Under the pieces are notes generated by a model. The model searched no databases, was not told where the DNA came from, and saw nothing but the letters and a program-made list of their open reading frames with translations. From an uncultured Enterobacteriaceae bacterium (GTDB lineage: Bacteria; Pseudomonadota; Gammaproteobacteria; Eutrophobiales; Eutrophobiaceae), in assembly GCA_964523895.1 (NCBI GenBank), contig CAZGBJ010000007.1:23000-86999 (forward strand): 64,000 nucleotides of DNA, in the 5' to 3' direction. Within the stretch, counting starts at the first letter, position 1, and the number at the start of each line of letters is the position of its first letter. Positions 1 through 10,704 of this stretch are shown here, piece by piece. A program made the position numbers and the translations under genes.

Positions 1-948
1 GGCCCGGTTGAAACAGTAATATTAGGTGAGTCGGAAGATATCCTTAAGAAGATACCATTAAATAACTACTCTGTTTCATCAGCAGAAAACACTGGTTTAT
101 CTCTGGCGTTTGAACGTGACCTTTCAGTTAGCTCTCATGCTTTTCTAAAATCACATGTGATGAATGGTCAAGCCGTATTACCTGTTGCGGTTATTATCGA
201 ATGGTTTGCTCACGGTGCATTACATTTGAATCCGGGTATGCAATTTAACGGATTCGATGATTTTCGTGTTTTAAAAGGCGTTACGTTAAAAGCCGACGAA
301 AATATTCGTTTACAAATTCTTGCGGGAAACATTATTCATAAAGGCGATGTCTCTTTAGTTCCTGTTGAGCTACGTTCGAATGAATTATTACATGCCAGCG
401 CGACAATGATTCTGGCTGATAGTTATGAAACTAATGTTTTGCCACAATTAGAGGGTGTAAACGAAAAATATAATAGAAAACAAGGCGAGTATTATCAAAA
501 TGGACAGTTATTTCATGGACATGATTTACAAGGTATTTCAGAAGTAACACATTGCAGTGACAAAGGTATTGTCGCCAATATAAATGCAGCACCACAACCA
601 TCAACATGGATGAATCAACCGATACGTTCGAGCTGGTTAACCGATCCTTTAATTATTGATTCAGCATTCCAGATGATGATCCTTTGGAGCTTTGAAGAAA
701 GCGGAATCGCTTCTTTACCAACAACAATTGCATCGTATCGTCAATATCAACGGAGCTACCCAAAAGATAGTGCAAAAATTATTGCTGAAGTTAATGAACA
801 AACTGATCATAGAGCTAATGCAGCAATAGAGTTTCTTGATAGTAAAGGACAGTTGGTCGCCTTGATGGATGGATATGAATGTGTACGTGACAGCTCATTG
901 CAAATAGCATTCAAGAAAAATAAACTGGATAAAAAAGAAAACGTATAA
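1..948 (+). CDS. pfaA: 3-prime part of a PfaA-like multidomain PKS, C-terminal polyketide-type dehydratase domain. Gene starts upstream of the window.
   Basis: Frame 1 is open from nt 1 into ORF 157..948. HxxxGxxxxP motif (HVMNGQAVLP) and downstream DSAFQ (DxxxQ) motif are typical of PKS DH domains. The position upstream of a PfaC-like gene fits a PfaA C-terminus (KS-AT-ACPn-KR-DH). Confidence 0.6.
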   Translation, partial: GPVETVILGESEDILKKIPLNNYSVSSAENTGLSLAFERDLSVSSHAFLKSHVMNGQAVLPVAVIIEWFAHGALHLNPGMQFNGFDDFRVLKGVTLKADENIRLQILAGNIIHKGDVSLVPVELRSNELLHASATMILADSYETNVLPQLEGVNEKYNRKQGEYYQNGQLFHGHDLQGISEVTHCSDKGIVANINAAPQPSTWMNQPIRSSWLTDPLIIDSAFQMMILWSFEESGIASLPTTIASYRQYQRSYPKDSAKIIAEVNEQTDHRANAAIEFLDSKGQLVALMDGYECVRDSSLQIAFKKNKLDKKENV

Positions 949-978
949 AATAGATTGGGTATTTAGAAGATAGATAAT

Positions 979-2040
979 ATGAAAAAAACAGCATTAATAA
1001 CAGGTATAACGGGACAGGATGGGGCTTATCTTGCCGAATTTTTATTGAACAAGGGATATATTGTTCATGGTATTAAACGAAGAAGTTCGCTGATTAATAC
1101 CGATAGAATAGATCACTTATATCAAGATCCGCATATGTCTGGTCGTAATTTAATTTTACATTATGGTGATATGACTGACTCTACTAGTCTAACGCGCGTT
1201 ATTCAGGAATCCCAACCGGACGAAATTTATAATCTTGCCGCACAAAGTCATGTTGCTGTCTCATTTGAAGAACCGGAATACACGGCTGACTCAGATGCGT
1301 TAGGTCCATTAAGATTACTTGAAGCAATCCGGATTCTTAAGCTTGAAAAGAAGACACGTTTTTATCAAGCTTCAACATCTGAACTTTATGGTTTGGTTCA
1401 GGAAGTGCCACAAAAAGAAACCACCCCATTTTATCCACGTTCACCCTATGGTGTTGCAAAGTTGTATGCTTATTGGATAACGATTAACTATCGTGAAGCT
1501 TATGGTATTTATGCGTGTAACGGTATTTTATTTAATCATGAGTCGCCAGTACGCGGAGAAACCTTTGTTACCAGAAAGATTACTATGGCCTTGAGTCGGA
1601 TAAAGCATGGTTTACAGGACAAGTTATATATTGGCAACCTCAATGCAAAACGTGATTGGGGACATGCACGAGATTACGTCGAGATGCAATGGCTTATGTT
1701 GCAACAAAAAGAGCCGGAAGACTATGTTATCGCTACTGGCGTACAAAATAGTGTTAGGGAATTTATTGAATTCGCTGCCAAAGCGATTGATATAAACATA
1801 ACATGGAAAGGTCAGGATAAAGATGAAAAAGGTTATGATGATGAAGGAAATTGCATTGTCGAAGTTGATCCACGCTACTATCGTCCTGCTGAAGTTGAAA
1901 GTTTGTTAGGTGATCCGACTAAAGCAAGAGAAAATTTAGGTTGGACTCCGGCAACGAGCTTGCAGGGCTTAATTGATGAAATGATGCAGAAAGATATGCA
2001 GCTCGTTGAAAATGAAGTATTAATAAATAACCAAAAGTAA
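979..2040 (+). CDS. gmd: GDP-mannose 4,6-dehydratase
   Basis: Near full-length colinearity with E. coli Gmd from memory (ALITGxTGQDGxYLAEFLL, [20 protein letters not shown], DPRYxRPAEV, LGDPTKA). Confidence 0.9.
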   Translation: MKKTALITGITGQDGAYLAEFLLNKGYIVHGIKRRSSLINTDRIDHLYQDPHMSGRNLILHYGDMTDSTSLTRVIQESQPDEIYNLAAQSHVAVSFEEPEYTADSDALGPLRLLEAIRILKLEKKTRFYQASTSELYGLVQEVPQKETTPFYPRSPYGVAKLYAYWITINYREAYGIYACNGILFNHESPVRGETFVTRKITMALSRIKHGLQDKLYIGNLNAKRDWGHARDYVEMQWLMLQQKEPEDYVIATGVQNSVREFIEFAAKAIDINITWKGQDKDEKGYDDEGNCIVEVDPRYYRPAEVESLLGDPTKARENLGWTPATSLQGLIDEMMQKDMQLVENEVLINNQK

Positions 2041-2045
2041 ATTTC

Positions 2046-3005
2046 ATGCAAAAGGATTCCCGTATATACGTTGCCGGTCATAACGGTTTGGTAGGAAGTG
2101 CCATTTGCCGAAAGCTAAAAGCCGATCATCATAATAATCTCATTGCACGGTCACACAAAGAACTTGATCTCTGCAATCAATTAGCAGTAGATGCGTTCTT
2201 TAAAGAAGAACAACCCGAATACGTGTTTCTTGCAGCAGCGGTTGTTGGTGGTATACATGCGAATGAAACACAGGCGGTAAGTTTTCTAAGAGATAATCTC
2301 CTGATACAAACACATGTAATTGAAGCGGCTTATAAACATGGTGTAAAAAAAATGGCTTTTTTAGGGTCTACCTGTATCTATCCACGAGATTGTCCGCAGC
2401 CAATTAAGGAAGAATACTTACTAACTGGACCGTTAGAAGAAACTAACCAATGGTATGCGATAGCCAAAATTTCCGGCATTAAACTATGCCAGGCTTACCG
2501 CAAAGAATATGGTTTTAATGCAATCTCATTAATGCCAACCAATCTTTATGGACCAAATGATAATTTTGATTTAATGGACTCGCATGTTTTACCTGCTTTA
2601 ATACGAAAGTTTCATGAAGGTAAAGTCAGCAATAAAGAAGCGGTAGAGATTTGGGGCACTGGTAATCCTTATCGAGAGTTTCTCTATATTGATGATCTGG
2701 CAGATGCTAGTTGCTTTCTTATGCAAAATTATGATGATGACTCAATTATTAATGTTGGAACAGGCCAGGATATTAGTATTAGAGAATTGGCTGAATTAAT
2801 TAAAAAAATAGTTGGTTATAAAGGAAAAATTATTTTTGATTCCTCCAGGCCAGATGGCACTCAAAAAAAATGTTGTGATGTTACAAAATTAAATAATTTA
2901 GGTTGGAAAAGTAAAACGACTTTGCAAGATGGGTTAAAAATAACTTACGATTGGTATATTAACAATTTACCCTCTGAAACTGTTGATATTAAAGCAATAT
3001 TATAA
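2046..3005 (+). CDS. fcl: GDP-L-fucose synthase (GDP-4-keto-6-deoxymannose 3,5-epimerase/4-reductase)
   Basis: Matches E. coli Fcl/WcaG: VAGHxGxVGSAI, YAIAKIAGIKLCxxY, MPTNLYGPxDNF, NVGTGxDxxIRELA. The start lies 6 nt after the gmd stop. Confidence 0.85.
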   Translation: MQKDSRIYVAGHNGLVGSAICRKLKADHHNNLIARSHKELDLCNQLAVDAFFKEEQPEYVFLAAAVVGGIHANETQAVSFLRDNLLIQTHVIEAAYKHGVKKMAFLGSTCIYPRDCPQPIKEEYLLTGPLEETNQWYAIAKISGIKLCQAYRKEYGFNAISLMPTNLYGPNDNFDLMDSHVLPALIRKFHEGKVSNKEAVEIWGTGNPYREFLYIDDLADASCFLMQNYDDDSIINVGTGQDISIRELAELIKKIVGYKGKIIFDSSRPDGTQKKCCDVTKLNNLGWKSKTTLQDGLKITYDWYINNLPSETVDIKAIL

Positions 3006-3010
3006 GTATC

Positions 3011-4006
3011 ATGAAAAATATTCTGGTAACGGGTGGTGCTGGCTATATCGGGTCCCATGCTTGTAAAGCGTTGGCAAAAGCAGGATATAAGCCAATCACG
3101 TTTGATAATCTGTCAACAGGCCATGAGCATGCTGTAAAATGGGGGCCGCTTGAAATTGGTGATATCCGAGATACTGGGAAGCTATCATTAGTATTCGAAC
3201 AGTATAAACCTGAAGCGGTTATTCATTTTGCCTCAAAGATTGTGGTGTCAGAGTCGGTCAAGGCTCCTGATGAATACTATGATAATAATGTTAACGGCAC
3301 CTTAAGTTTGCTTAATGTGATGAAAACGCATTCAGTTAACGCAATTGTATTTTCAAGTACCGCATCGGTATACGGTTATCCTGAATCAAATCCTATCAAC
3401 GAATCTCATCCGTTGAAGCCGATAAATCCTTATGGAAAAACGAAACTGGCGTGTGAATGGCTATTACAGGATTACCAGAGTGCTTATGAAATAAACTATG
3501 TTGCATTAAGGTATTTCAATGCCGCAGGTGCCGATGCAGAAGATGAGTTAGGTGAAGAGCATGAGCCTGAAACACATTTAATACCATTAATTTTAAAAGC
3601 GACAAAAGACAAAACGAGCGTTTCAATTTTTGGCGATGATTATAATACGCTCGATGGGACTTGTATCCGTGATTATATCCATGTTTCAGACTTAGCAGAT
3701 GCCCATATTAAAGCATTGGAATATTTATTTAAACATAACAAATCAGAAACATTTAATCTTGGAACAGGAAAAGGATATTCAGTCAGGCAAGTATTAAATA
3801 CGGTTAAAAAAATCACTTCGGAAGATATTAGTGAAATAAAATCCGATAGAAGGTCAGGTGACCCAGATAGTCTGGTTGCAAAATCAGATTTGGCACAAAA
3901 GACATTAGCGTGGCAACCAAAGTTAAGTGACATAGATAATATAATTAAAACAGCCTGGAAATGGCATATACAAAAGCCTGTTCTTGGCTTGGATGACAAG
4001 TCATGA
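3011..4006 (+). CDS. galE: UDP-glucose (or UDP-GlcNAc) 4-epimerase
   Basis: SDR fold with VTGGAGYIGSH, YxxxK (PYGKTK), RYFNAAGA and DGTCIRDYIHVxDLA, as in GalE. The stop overlaps the start of the next gene (ATGA at 4003-4006). Confidence 0.8.
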   Translation: MKNILVTGGAGYIGSHACKALAKAGYKPITFDNLSTGHEHAVKWGPLEIGDIRDTGKLSLVFEQYKPEAVIHFASKIVVSESVKAPDEYYDNNVNGTLSLLNVMKTHSVNAIVFSSTASVYGYPESNPINESHPLKPINPYGKTKLACEWLLQDYQSAYEINYVALRYFNAAGADAEDELGEEHEPETHLIPLILKATKDKTSVSIFGDDYNTLDGTCIRDYIHVSDLADAHIKALEYLFKHNKSETFNLGTGKGYSVRQVLNTVKKITSEDISEIKSDRRSGDPDSLVAKSDLAQKTLAWQPKLSDIDNIIKTAWKWHIQKPVLGLDDKS

Positions 4007-7000
4007 AAAGTAAACAAGTTGCCGCAATAGTTGGTATTGGCGGCATCTTTCCTGGTGCACGTGATCTGGATGAATTCTGGCAGAATATTTTGAATGGGAA
4101 AGAGTCTGCTATTGATGTAGGTGCTGATCGTTGGCGTTTAGAGCCTGATGAACTGTACTCTCCTGATGTGTCTCCCGATAAAATTAATTCCCGTCGTGCC
4201 TGTTTGATTCAAAATTTTGAATTTAATCCAGAAGGGTTGAATGTTGATGCTGAGTTATTGCAACGTCTTGACCCGATGTATCAAATTTTATTGCATGCAG
4301 GTCGAGATGCCTGGGCTGATGCAAAAACGGATGCTATTAATAAACAACGTGTTGGTATTGTCATCGGTAATATCGCACTTCCTACTGAATCATCCTCACA
4401 ACTTAGTGATGAAATATTTAAACAACTCTTTGAATCACAGTTAGGTATTAATTCAGACCAACAAAAAGAAAAAATAGAGCCTTTAAATAGATATGTTGCC
4501 GGGTTGCCGGGTGGCTTATTGGCAAAAGCTTTAGGTTTTGGTGCAGGTGCTTATACATTAGATGCGGCATGTTCTTCCTCACTTTATTCTCTTAAGTATG
4601 CCATTGATGAATTAGTTGCTGGTCGCACTGATGTTATGTTAGCTGGTGGTTTATCTCGGCCGGATTGTTTGTATACACAAATGGGTTTTTCTCAACTCAA
4701 TGCCATTTCAAAGTCAGGTCGTTGTTCACCGTTTGATAGCAAAGCTGATGGTCTTGTAGTAGGTGAGGGAGCAGGTATTTTTGTACTTAAGCGATTAAGC
4801 GATGCCATCGAACAAGATGATCATATCTATGCCACGATAGAAGGTATTGGCCTTTCAAATGATATCGAAGGCAATATCATGTCGCCAGATTCGGAAGGTC
4901 AAGGCCGTGCAATGCAATCGGCTTATGAAATGGCCGGGTGGAAACCAAATCAAGTACAACATATTGAATGTCATGGCACAGGAACACCTGTTGGTGATGG
5001 CGTTGAATTCACCTCATTAAAAAATCTATGGCAAAGTCATAAGGTAGAGGGTGAATGTGTTATTGGATCAGTAAAAAGTAATGTCGGTCACTTATTAACA
5101 GCTGCTGGTGCTGCGGCATTAATGAAAACATTGTTAGCAATGAAACACGGTGTGTTACCGCCAACAGCAAATTATGAAAACCCTTCCAGTAAAATAGATT
5201 TAACAAATAGTCCATTCAAAGTTCTGGATAAAGCTGAGACGTGGAGTGTAAAAAACAATAGTCCAAGACGTGCTGCGATTAGTGGTTTTGGATTTGGTGG
5301 TATCAATGCGCATGTTCTTTTACAAGAGTATTTGCCAGAAACAATTAAAACGTTACCTTTAACGAGTATCGAAACTACGCATTCTGATAAATGTGATATT
5401 GCTATTGTAGGAATGGAATCACGACTAGGACCATGGAATGAACAGAATGATTTCGATAACGCATTATTATTTGGTTCAAATAAAGATGTTACTCATCCAA
5501 ACAATTGGTGGGGAGCAGATGGCAAAGCGTATCAGGGATATCTAATTGATGAAGTTAAAGTGCCTTTAGGTCGCTATAGAATACCTCCGGCTGAATTAAA
5601 AGAGATGTTGCCGCAGCAATTGTTAATGCTTGAAGTTGCAGCTAATGCATTGGATGACGCGAAACTTTCCGAGCTATCAAAAGAACAACAATGTCGTACA
5701 GGTGTTTTTATCGGTATTGCACTTGATTTGAATACAACTAATTTCCATTTTCGCTGGATGCAAAAGAAATATGCAAGAGAATGGCTGGAGAGATTAGGCA
5801 TTGAATTAAATAATATTGAATTAGATGAATGGGTAGAAAACCTTAAACAGTCATTTGGTCCATCATTATCTGCAAATCGAACTATGGGTGCGTTAGGCGG
5901 TATTGTTGCCAGTCGAATTGCCCGTGCTTTCCGAGTTGGTGGTCCCGCTTTTACTATTTCTTCTGAAGAAACATCGGGGTTACGAGCACTGGAATCCGGT
6001 GTGCGTGCCTTGCAACAGCAAGAACTGGATCAGGTAATTATAGGTGCTGTTGATCTGGCTAGTGATATTAGAGCTGTTAAAGCTAATGCAGATCAGATTG
6101 ATACTATTGCTGATGGAGCTACTGCCTTTGTCTTGAAACGTCACGAAGATGCCGTGCGTGATGGCGATAATGTTTATGCATTAATAAAAGGTATTGGTGT
6201 TGCGTCGGCAGGAGGCTGTGATGCAAAGGTTGAAGAATCTGGAATGGTTGCTGCTATTCAAAATGCTTGTTCAGATGCACAATGTCATTTAGATGCTATT
6301 GATTTAGTAAGTCAATCTTCTGTGAATGATGAAGTTGATATTCCTGCATTAGAAAATGCAACTATTAATACTTTCTCGCTTGGTCATTCGGGTGCAGCAA
6401 ATGGCTTAATGAATGTAGCGAATACAGTGACGCTATTAAATCAGTGTCTTCTGCCAAATGAGAATAATTCAAATGCGCGTTACTGGTTAAAAGATCGAAT
6501 AAAAGGCCCGAGACAGAGTTTAGTAAACAGTACAAGTATTGACGGTGTGTGTGTCAGTGTTGTTTTACAACAAGCCCAGAATAAAACACAGGCTAATATT
6601 GGTCTTAAAAATGTTAACTCTAAATTATTTTCGTTGTCAGCCAAGAATAAAGAATTATTAATAAATAAAATTAAAGCGTTATCTTTTGTTGATGTTGTTG
6701 AAGATACTAAAGAAAAATTTCGGGCTGTTATTCTTGTTAATAACGAAAATGAATTAAATTTAGCTCGCGAAGAACTCATTGCTAGCATACAAAAAAATAA
6801 CTCAATTGATAATGGACGCTGTTTTTATTCAGCGTCTCCTTTAGCGAAAGAAGGGAAAGTTGCCTTTGTCTATCCCGGCTCAGGCAATCATTTCTTCGGT
6901 ATGGGACAAGAGTTAGGTGTTAGTTTTCCTGAAGTATTGGAAAATTTAGATCAAGAAAATGAAATGCTATCTTCACAATTTGCAAAAGGTCGCTTTTGGC

Positions 7001-10000
7001 AAAATCACCATCATGAGGATAATCCTGGTAAAGAATTAAGCCATGAAGAAGTTATTTTCGGACAAGTGTGGTTGGGTACTTTTGTTAGTGATGTTGTAAC
7101 CAGCTTTGACGTTAAACCTGATGCCGTTATTGGTTATAGTCTGGGTGAGACTGCCGGTTTTTTCTCAACACGGACATGGACGGCTCGTGATGAGATGTTA
7201 AAACGAATTCAACAAAGTACTTTGTTTACAGAAGAATTGGCCGGCCCTTGTAAATCTGTACAAAAAGCATGGGGTACGGATAAACCTGTTAATTGGGCAC
7301 TGGGTGTAATTAATACCAGTGCCGAAAAAGTTAAAACGGTATTAAAAAAGTATGAACATGTTTATTTATTAATTATTAATACACCAAATGAATGTGTTAT
7401 TGGTGGAGACAAAACCAAATTAAACAAGGCTGTTAAAGAACTTGCTGTACAATATCATCCCTTGTCAGGTGTAACGACGGTGCATTGTGAAGTCGCTAAG
7501 CCTGTTGAAAAAGCGTATCGGGATTTACATATTTTTGAAACGACGCCGGCAAAAGGCGTTACTTTTTATAGTGGAATACGTGGTGGTGCATACGAGGTAA
7601 CACAGAATTCAGCCGCTGACTCTATTCTGGACCAAGCATTGGCTCCTTTCGATTATACCAAGGTGATTAATAGTGCCTATGAAGATGGTGTACGTCTGTT
7701 TATTGAAATGGGGCCAGGTGGTTCTTGTGCAAGAATGATCGATCAGATCCTTGAAGAGAAATCGCATTATGCGAAAGCAGTTTGTGTTAAAGGACAAAAC
7801 AGCGTTGATAATGTATTGCAAACACTAGCTAGATTATATGTTGAAGGCGTGGATGTGGATTTTTCAAAATTACAAACTAATAATGTTAAACAAGGAAAGA
7901 AATATAATAGCTATATTAGTGTTAAAACAGGTGGCGATCCGTTTAAAGTTCCACAACTTCCTATGTCTAAATCCGATGTTGTTGAAGAGATACATATTGA
8001 AAAAAATAACGTCGCAACAGATGTAATGTCATTACCAATGACTGCAAATGGTGACTATCAACCAACAATCGAGCCAATAATTCAACAAATGCAGCTCGCT
8101 GAACGAGCTCGTTCTGAAGCACAAGAAGCATTTCTGAGAGTTAGTCAGGGTATGACCGAGACTTTGACTCAAGCTATTAATATGCAAATGCAACTTTTGG
8201 ATAATGGCAACATTGATTTATCGCAAGTAATAATTAATCAAGAACAGTCTGATAGAGAAGAAACTCAAAGTAAGGATTGTCTGTTTGATCGTGAACAATG
8301 TATGGAAATAGCAATCGGATCTATTAGAAAAGTACTAGGTTCAGCATTTGCGGATATTGATACTTATCCCACAAGAGTACGTTTGCCTGATGAACCTTTA
8401 ATGTTAGCTGATCGTATTATAAGTATCGAAGGTGAAGCTGATTCTTTAAAAAACAACCCCAATACAAATGGGCGCGTTATCACTGAACATGATGTCTTGC
8501 CGGGAGCCTGGTATCTGGATCAGGGACGTATACCAACCTGTATCGCTGTTGAAGCAGGACAAGCCGATTTATTTTTATCCGGCTATTTAGGTATTGATCA
8601 TATATCCAAAGGACTGGCGGTTTATCGTTTATTAGATGCAAAAATTACCTTTCATGGATCCTTACCGGAAGCAGGACAAACTATTCATTATGATATTCGT
8701 ATCGATGAGTTCTTCCGACAAGATGACACTTATCTATTTCGTTTTAATTTTGAAGGTAGCGTCGCCTGCACGGATGCAGGCGGTAGAGTCGAGTCTGGAA
8801 CAGAGACCGGGATTGGTAGACCATTACTAACCATGACAGAAGGTTGTGCCGGTTTCTTTACTCAACAAGAATTAGATGCAGGAAAAGGCATCGTCTTAAC
8901 TAATATTGAAAAACAAAAAGCTCAGGGAATATTTACAAGTGACTGGAATGAATTAGTTGCTATGCAGAATGAAAGTTATAACGATGAACAGTTAAATGCG
9001 TTACGGCAAGGTGATTTAGCAACTTGTTTTGGTGGGGCATTTAATAATATTGAATTGAATAATCCAGTGGGTTTACCCAGTGGTCGCATGACATTAGTTC
9101 ATCGTATTTTAAATCTTGATCCTAAAGGTGGTCGTTTTGGAATAGGTCAAATTACTGGTGAAGCAGACATTCATCCTGATGACTGGTTCTTAACTTGTCA
9201 CTTTGTTGATGATCGCGTGATGCCTGGAACATTAATGTATGAATGTTGTTTGCATACCCTGCGTGTTTATTTATTAGGCATGGGTTGGATAGGTGAAACA
9301 GATGAGTTTGTTTATGAACCGATTATTGGCGAAGTGAGTCAGTTGAAATGTCGAGGACAAGTCACGGAAGAAACTAAAGCCGTTCAATATGAAATTACAT
9401 TAAAAGAAATTGGCTATCGTAATGATGGAACACCTTATGTATTAGCGGATGCATTAATGTACGGCGATCACCGTGCCATAGTGCAAATGAAAAATATGTC
9501 TGTTCAATTAAGCGGCTTAAAACGCGATAAATTGGAAGCGCTTTGGGAAAAGCAAATTAATAATATGAGTGGTTCTGAAATGGAGATTTTCAGAGGTGCT
9601 CATACAAAACAAGTTTTATTCGATAACGATTCGATTTTAGCTTTTGCTATTGGTAAGCCTTCCGAAGCCTTTGGTGATAAATACAAAATATTTGATTCCG
9701 AACGCAAGATTGCACGTCTACCAGGGCCGCCATACAAATTTCTTGATCGAATCGTTTCTATTAAAGATTGTGAACAATGGGTATTGAAAGCCGGTGGCGT
9801 TATCGAAGCTGAATATGATGTCCCCGTAGATGAATGGTACTTTACTGAAGATAATCAACCTTATATGCCGTTTGCCGTATTGCTTGAAGTGGCTTTGCAA
9901 CCTTGTGGCTGGTTAGCGGCATATTTAGGTTCAGCATTAAGCAGTGATATTGATATTTCATTTAGAAATTTAGGTGGCAAGGCAACACAATACATAAAAG

Positions 10001-10704
10001 TAACTCCAGAGATTGGGACGCTCACTACAAAAGTAAAGATGACCAGTGTCTCGCAGTCTGGCGGTATGATTATTCAGACGTATGATTACGAAATGACGTC
10101 AGATCAAGGGTTGGTATATAAAGGCGATACTAATTTTGGTTTCTTTTCAAAACAGGCATTGGCTGATCAAATTGGTATTCGCGATGCCAAACCTTATAGT
10201 CCAACAGAATTAGAACAGTCTCGAAGCAAATCCTTTGTTTATTCAGTTGATGCACCGATGCCTGCGGATATGATGCGTATGGTCGATGAGATTAGTCACT
10301 ATGATCCTGAAGGTGGGCCAAATAACCTGGGTTTTATAGAAGGAAAAGCAAGTGTAAAACAAGATGCCTGGTTTTTTAAAGCCCATTTTTATGAAGATCC
10401 GGTTTGGCCAGGTTCGTTAGGATTAGAATCTTTCATGCAGTTATTAAAAGCTTTTGCATGGGAGCGATGGCAGGGTGAACTACGGATCGGCGATTTTTCT
10501 TTTGATAGTATGGCTTTGCAGCAGGTTCACCAATGGGTATACCGAGGTCAAATCCTGCCGATTGATGAAAAAGTGACGGTTCAGGCGGTCATTACCGAGA
10601 TTGATGATGAGTCCAAAACCATTAAAGCGGATGGTTTTTTGACTGTTGATGGACGAATTATCTATCAGATGAAGAACTTTGCGCTTAGAATAACCTCCCT
10701 ATGA
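4003..10704 (+). CDS. pfaC: PfaC-like PUFA/secondary-lipid synthase subunit. KS (Cys190, nt 4570), KS-beta/CLF-like domain without active Cys, acyltransferase (GYSLGE, nt 7132-7149), then two FabA-type dehydratase domains (CHFVDDRVMPG at nt 9196; AHFYEDPVWPG at nt 10381).
   Basis: DAACSSS, HGTGT and GHLLTAAG motifs of the KS. A second KS-like fold has ISSEETSG in place of the Cys motif. An AT GxSxG motif is present. Two HxxxD/MPG FabA-like cores are present. The size (2233 aa) and domain order fit PfaC with an inserted PfaB-like AT. Confidence 0.8.
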   Translation: MKSKQVAAIVGIGGIFPGARDLDEFWQNILNGKESAIDVGADRWRLEPDELYSPDVSPDKINSRRACLIQNFEFNPEGLNVDAELLQRLDPMYQILLHAGRDAWADAKTDAINKQRVGIVIGNIALPTESSSQLSDEIFKQLFESQLGINSDQQKEKIEPLNRYVAGLPGGLLAKALGFGAGAYTLDAACSSSLYSLKYAIDELVAGRTDVMLAGGLSRPDCLYTQMGFSQLNAISKSGRCSPFDSKADGLVVGEGAGIFVLKRLSDAIEQDDHIYATIEGIGLSNDIEGNIMSPDSEGQGRAMQSAYEMAGWKPNQVQHIECHGTGTPVGDGVEFTSLKNLWQSHKVEGECVIGSVKSNVGHLLTAAGAAALMKTLLAMKHGVLPPTANYENPSSKIDLTNSPFKVLDKAETWSVKNNSPRRAAISGFGFGGINAHVLLQEYLPETIKTLPLTSIETTHSDKCDIAIVGMESRLGPWNEQNDFDNALLFGSNKDVTHPNNWWGADGKAYQGYLIDEVKVPLGRYRIPPAELKEMLPQQLLMLEVAANALDDAKLSELSKEQQCRTGVFIGIALDLNTTNFHFRWMQKKYAREWLERLGIELNNIELDEWVENLKQSFGPSLSANRTMGALGGIVASRIARAFRVGGPAFTISSEETSGLRALESGVRALQQQELDQVIIGAVDLASDIRAVKANADQIDTIADGATAFVLKRHEDAVRDGDNVYALIKGIGVASAGGCDAKVEESGMVAAIQNACSDAQCHLDAIDLVSQSSVNDEVDIPALENATINTFSLGHSGAANGLMNVANTVTLLNQCLLPNENNSNARYWLKDRIKGPRQSLVNSTSIDGVCVSVVLQQAQNKTQANIGLKNVNSKLFSLSAKNKELLINKIKALSFVDVVEDTKEKFRAVILVNNENELNLAREELIASIQKNNSIDNGRCFYSASPLAKEGKVAFVYPGSGNHFFGMGQELGVSFPEVLENLDQENEMLSSQFAKGRFWQNHHHEDNPGKELSHEEVIFGQVWLGTFVSDVVTSFDVKPDAVIGYSLGETAGFFSTRTWTARDEMLKRIQQSTLFTEELAGPCKSVQKAWGTDKPVNWALGVINTSAEKVKTVLKKYEHVYLLIINTPNECVIGGDKTKLNKAVKELAVQYHPLSGVTTVHCEVAKPVEKAYRDLHIFETTPAKGVTFYSGIRGGAYEVTQNSAADSILDQALAPFDYTKVINSAYEDGVRLFIEMGPGGSCARMIDQILEEKSHYAKAVCVKGQNSVDNVLQTLARLYVEGVDVDFSKLQTNNVKQGKKYNSYISVKTGGDPFKVPQLPMSKSDVVEEIHIEKNNVATDVMSLPMTANGDYQPTIEPIIQQMQLAERARSEAQEAFLRVSQGMTETLTQAINMQMQLLDNGNIDLSQVIINQEQSDREETQSKDCLFDREQCMEIAIGSIRKVLGSAFADIDTYPTRVRLPDEPLMLADRIISIEGEADSLKNNPNTNGRVITEHDVLPGAWYLDQGRIPTCIAVEAGQADLFLSGYLGIDHISKGLAVYRLLDAKITFHGSLPEAGQTIHYDIRIDEFFRQDDTYLFRFNFEGSVACTDAGGRVESGTETGIGRPLLTMTEGCAGFFTQQELDAGKGIVLTNIEKQKAQGIFTSDWNELVAMQNESYNDEQLNALRQGDLATCFGGAFNNIELNNPVGLPSGRMTLVHRILNLDPKGGRFGIGQITGEADIHPDDWFLTCHFVDDRVMPGTLMYECCLHTLRVYLLGMGWIGETDEFVYEPIIGEVSQLKCRGQVTEETKAVQYEITLKEIGYRNDGTPYVLADALMYGDHRAIVQMKNMSVQLSGLKRDKLEALWEKQINNMSGSEMEIFRGAHTKQVLFDNDSILAFAIGKPSEAFGDKYKIFDSERKIARLPGPPYKFLDRIVSIKDCEQWVLKAGGVIEAEYDVPVDEWYFTEDNQPYMPFAVLLEVALQPCGWLAAYLGSALSSDIDISFRNLGGKATQYIKVTPEIGTLTTKVKMTSVSQSGGMIIQTYDYEMTSDQGLVYKGDTNFGFFSKQALADQIGIRDAKPYSPTELEQSRSKSFVYSVDAPMPADMMRMVDEISHYDPEGGPNNLGFIEGKASVKQDAWFFKAHFYEDPVWPGSLGLESFMQLLKAFAWERWQGELRIGDFSFDSMALQQVHQWVYRGQILPIDEKVTVQAVITEIDDESKTIKADGFLTVDGRIIYQMKNFALRITSL

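Noticed and set aside
5574-6788. Several 60-100 aa antisense ORFs within the PfaC-like gene, and similar ones inside gmd, leuC, ugd, pseB and others
   Set aside because: They are fully contained in, and antisense or out-of-frame to, long well-supported genes. Their compositions are Ser/Leu/Arg-rich, as expected from reverse-frame noise.
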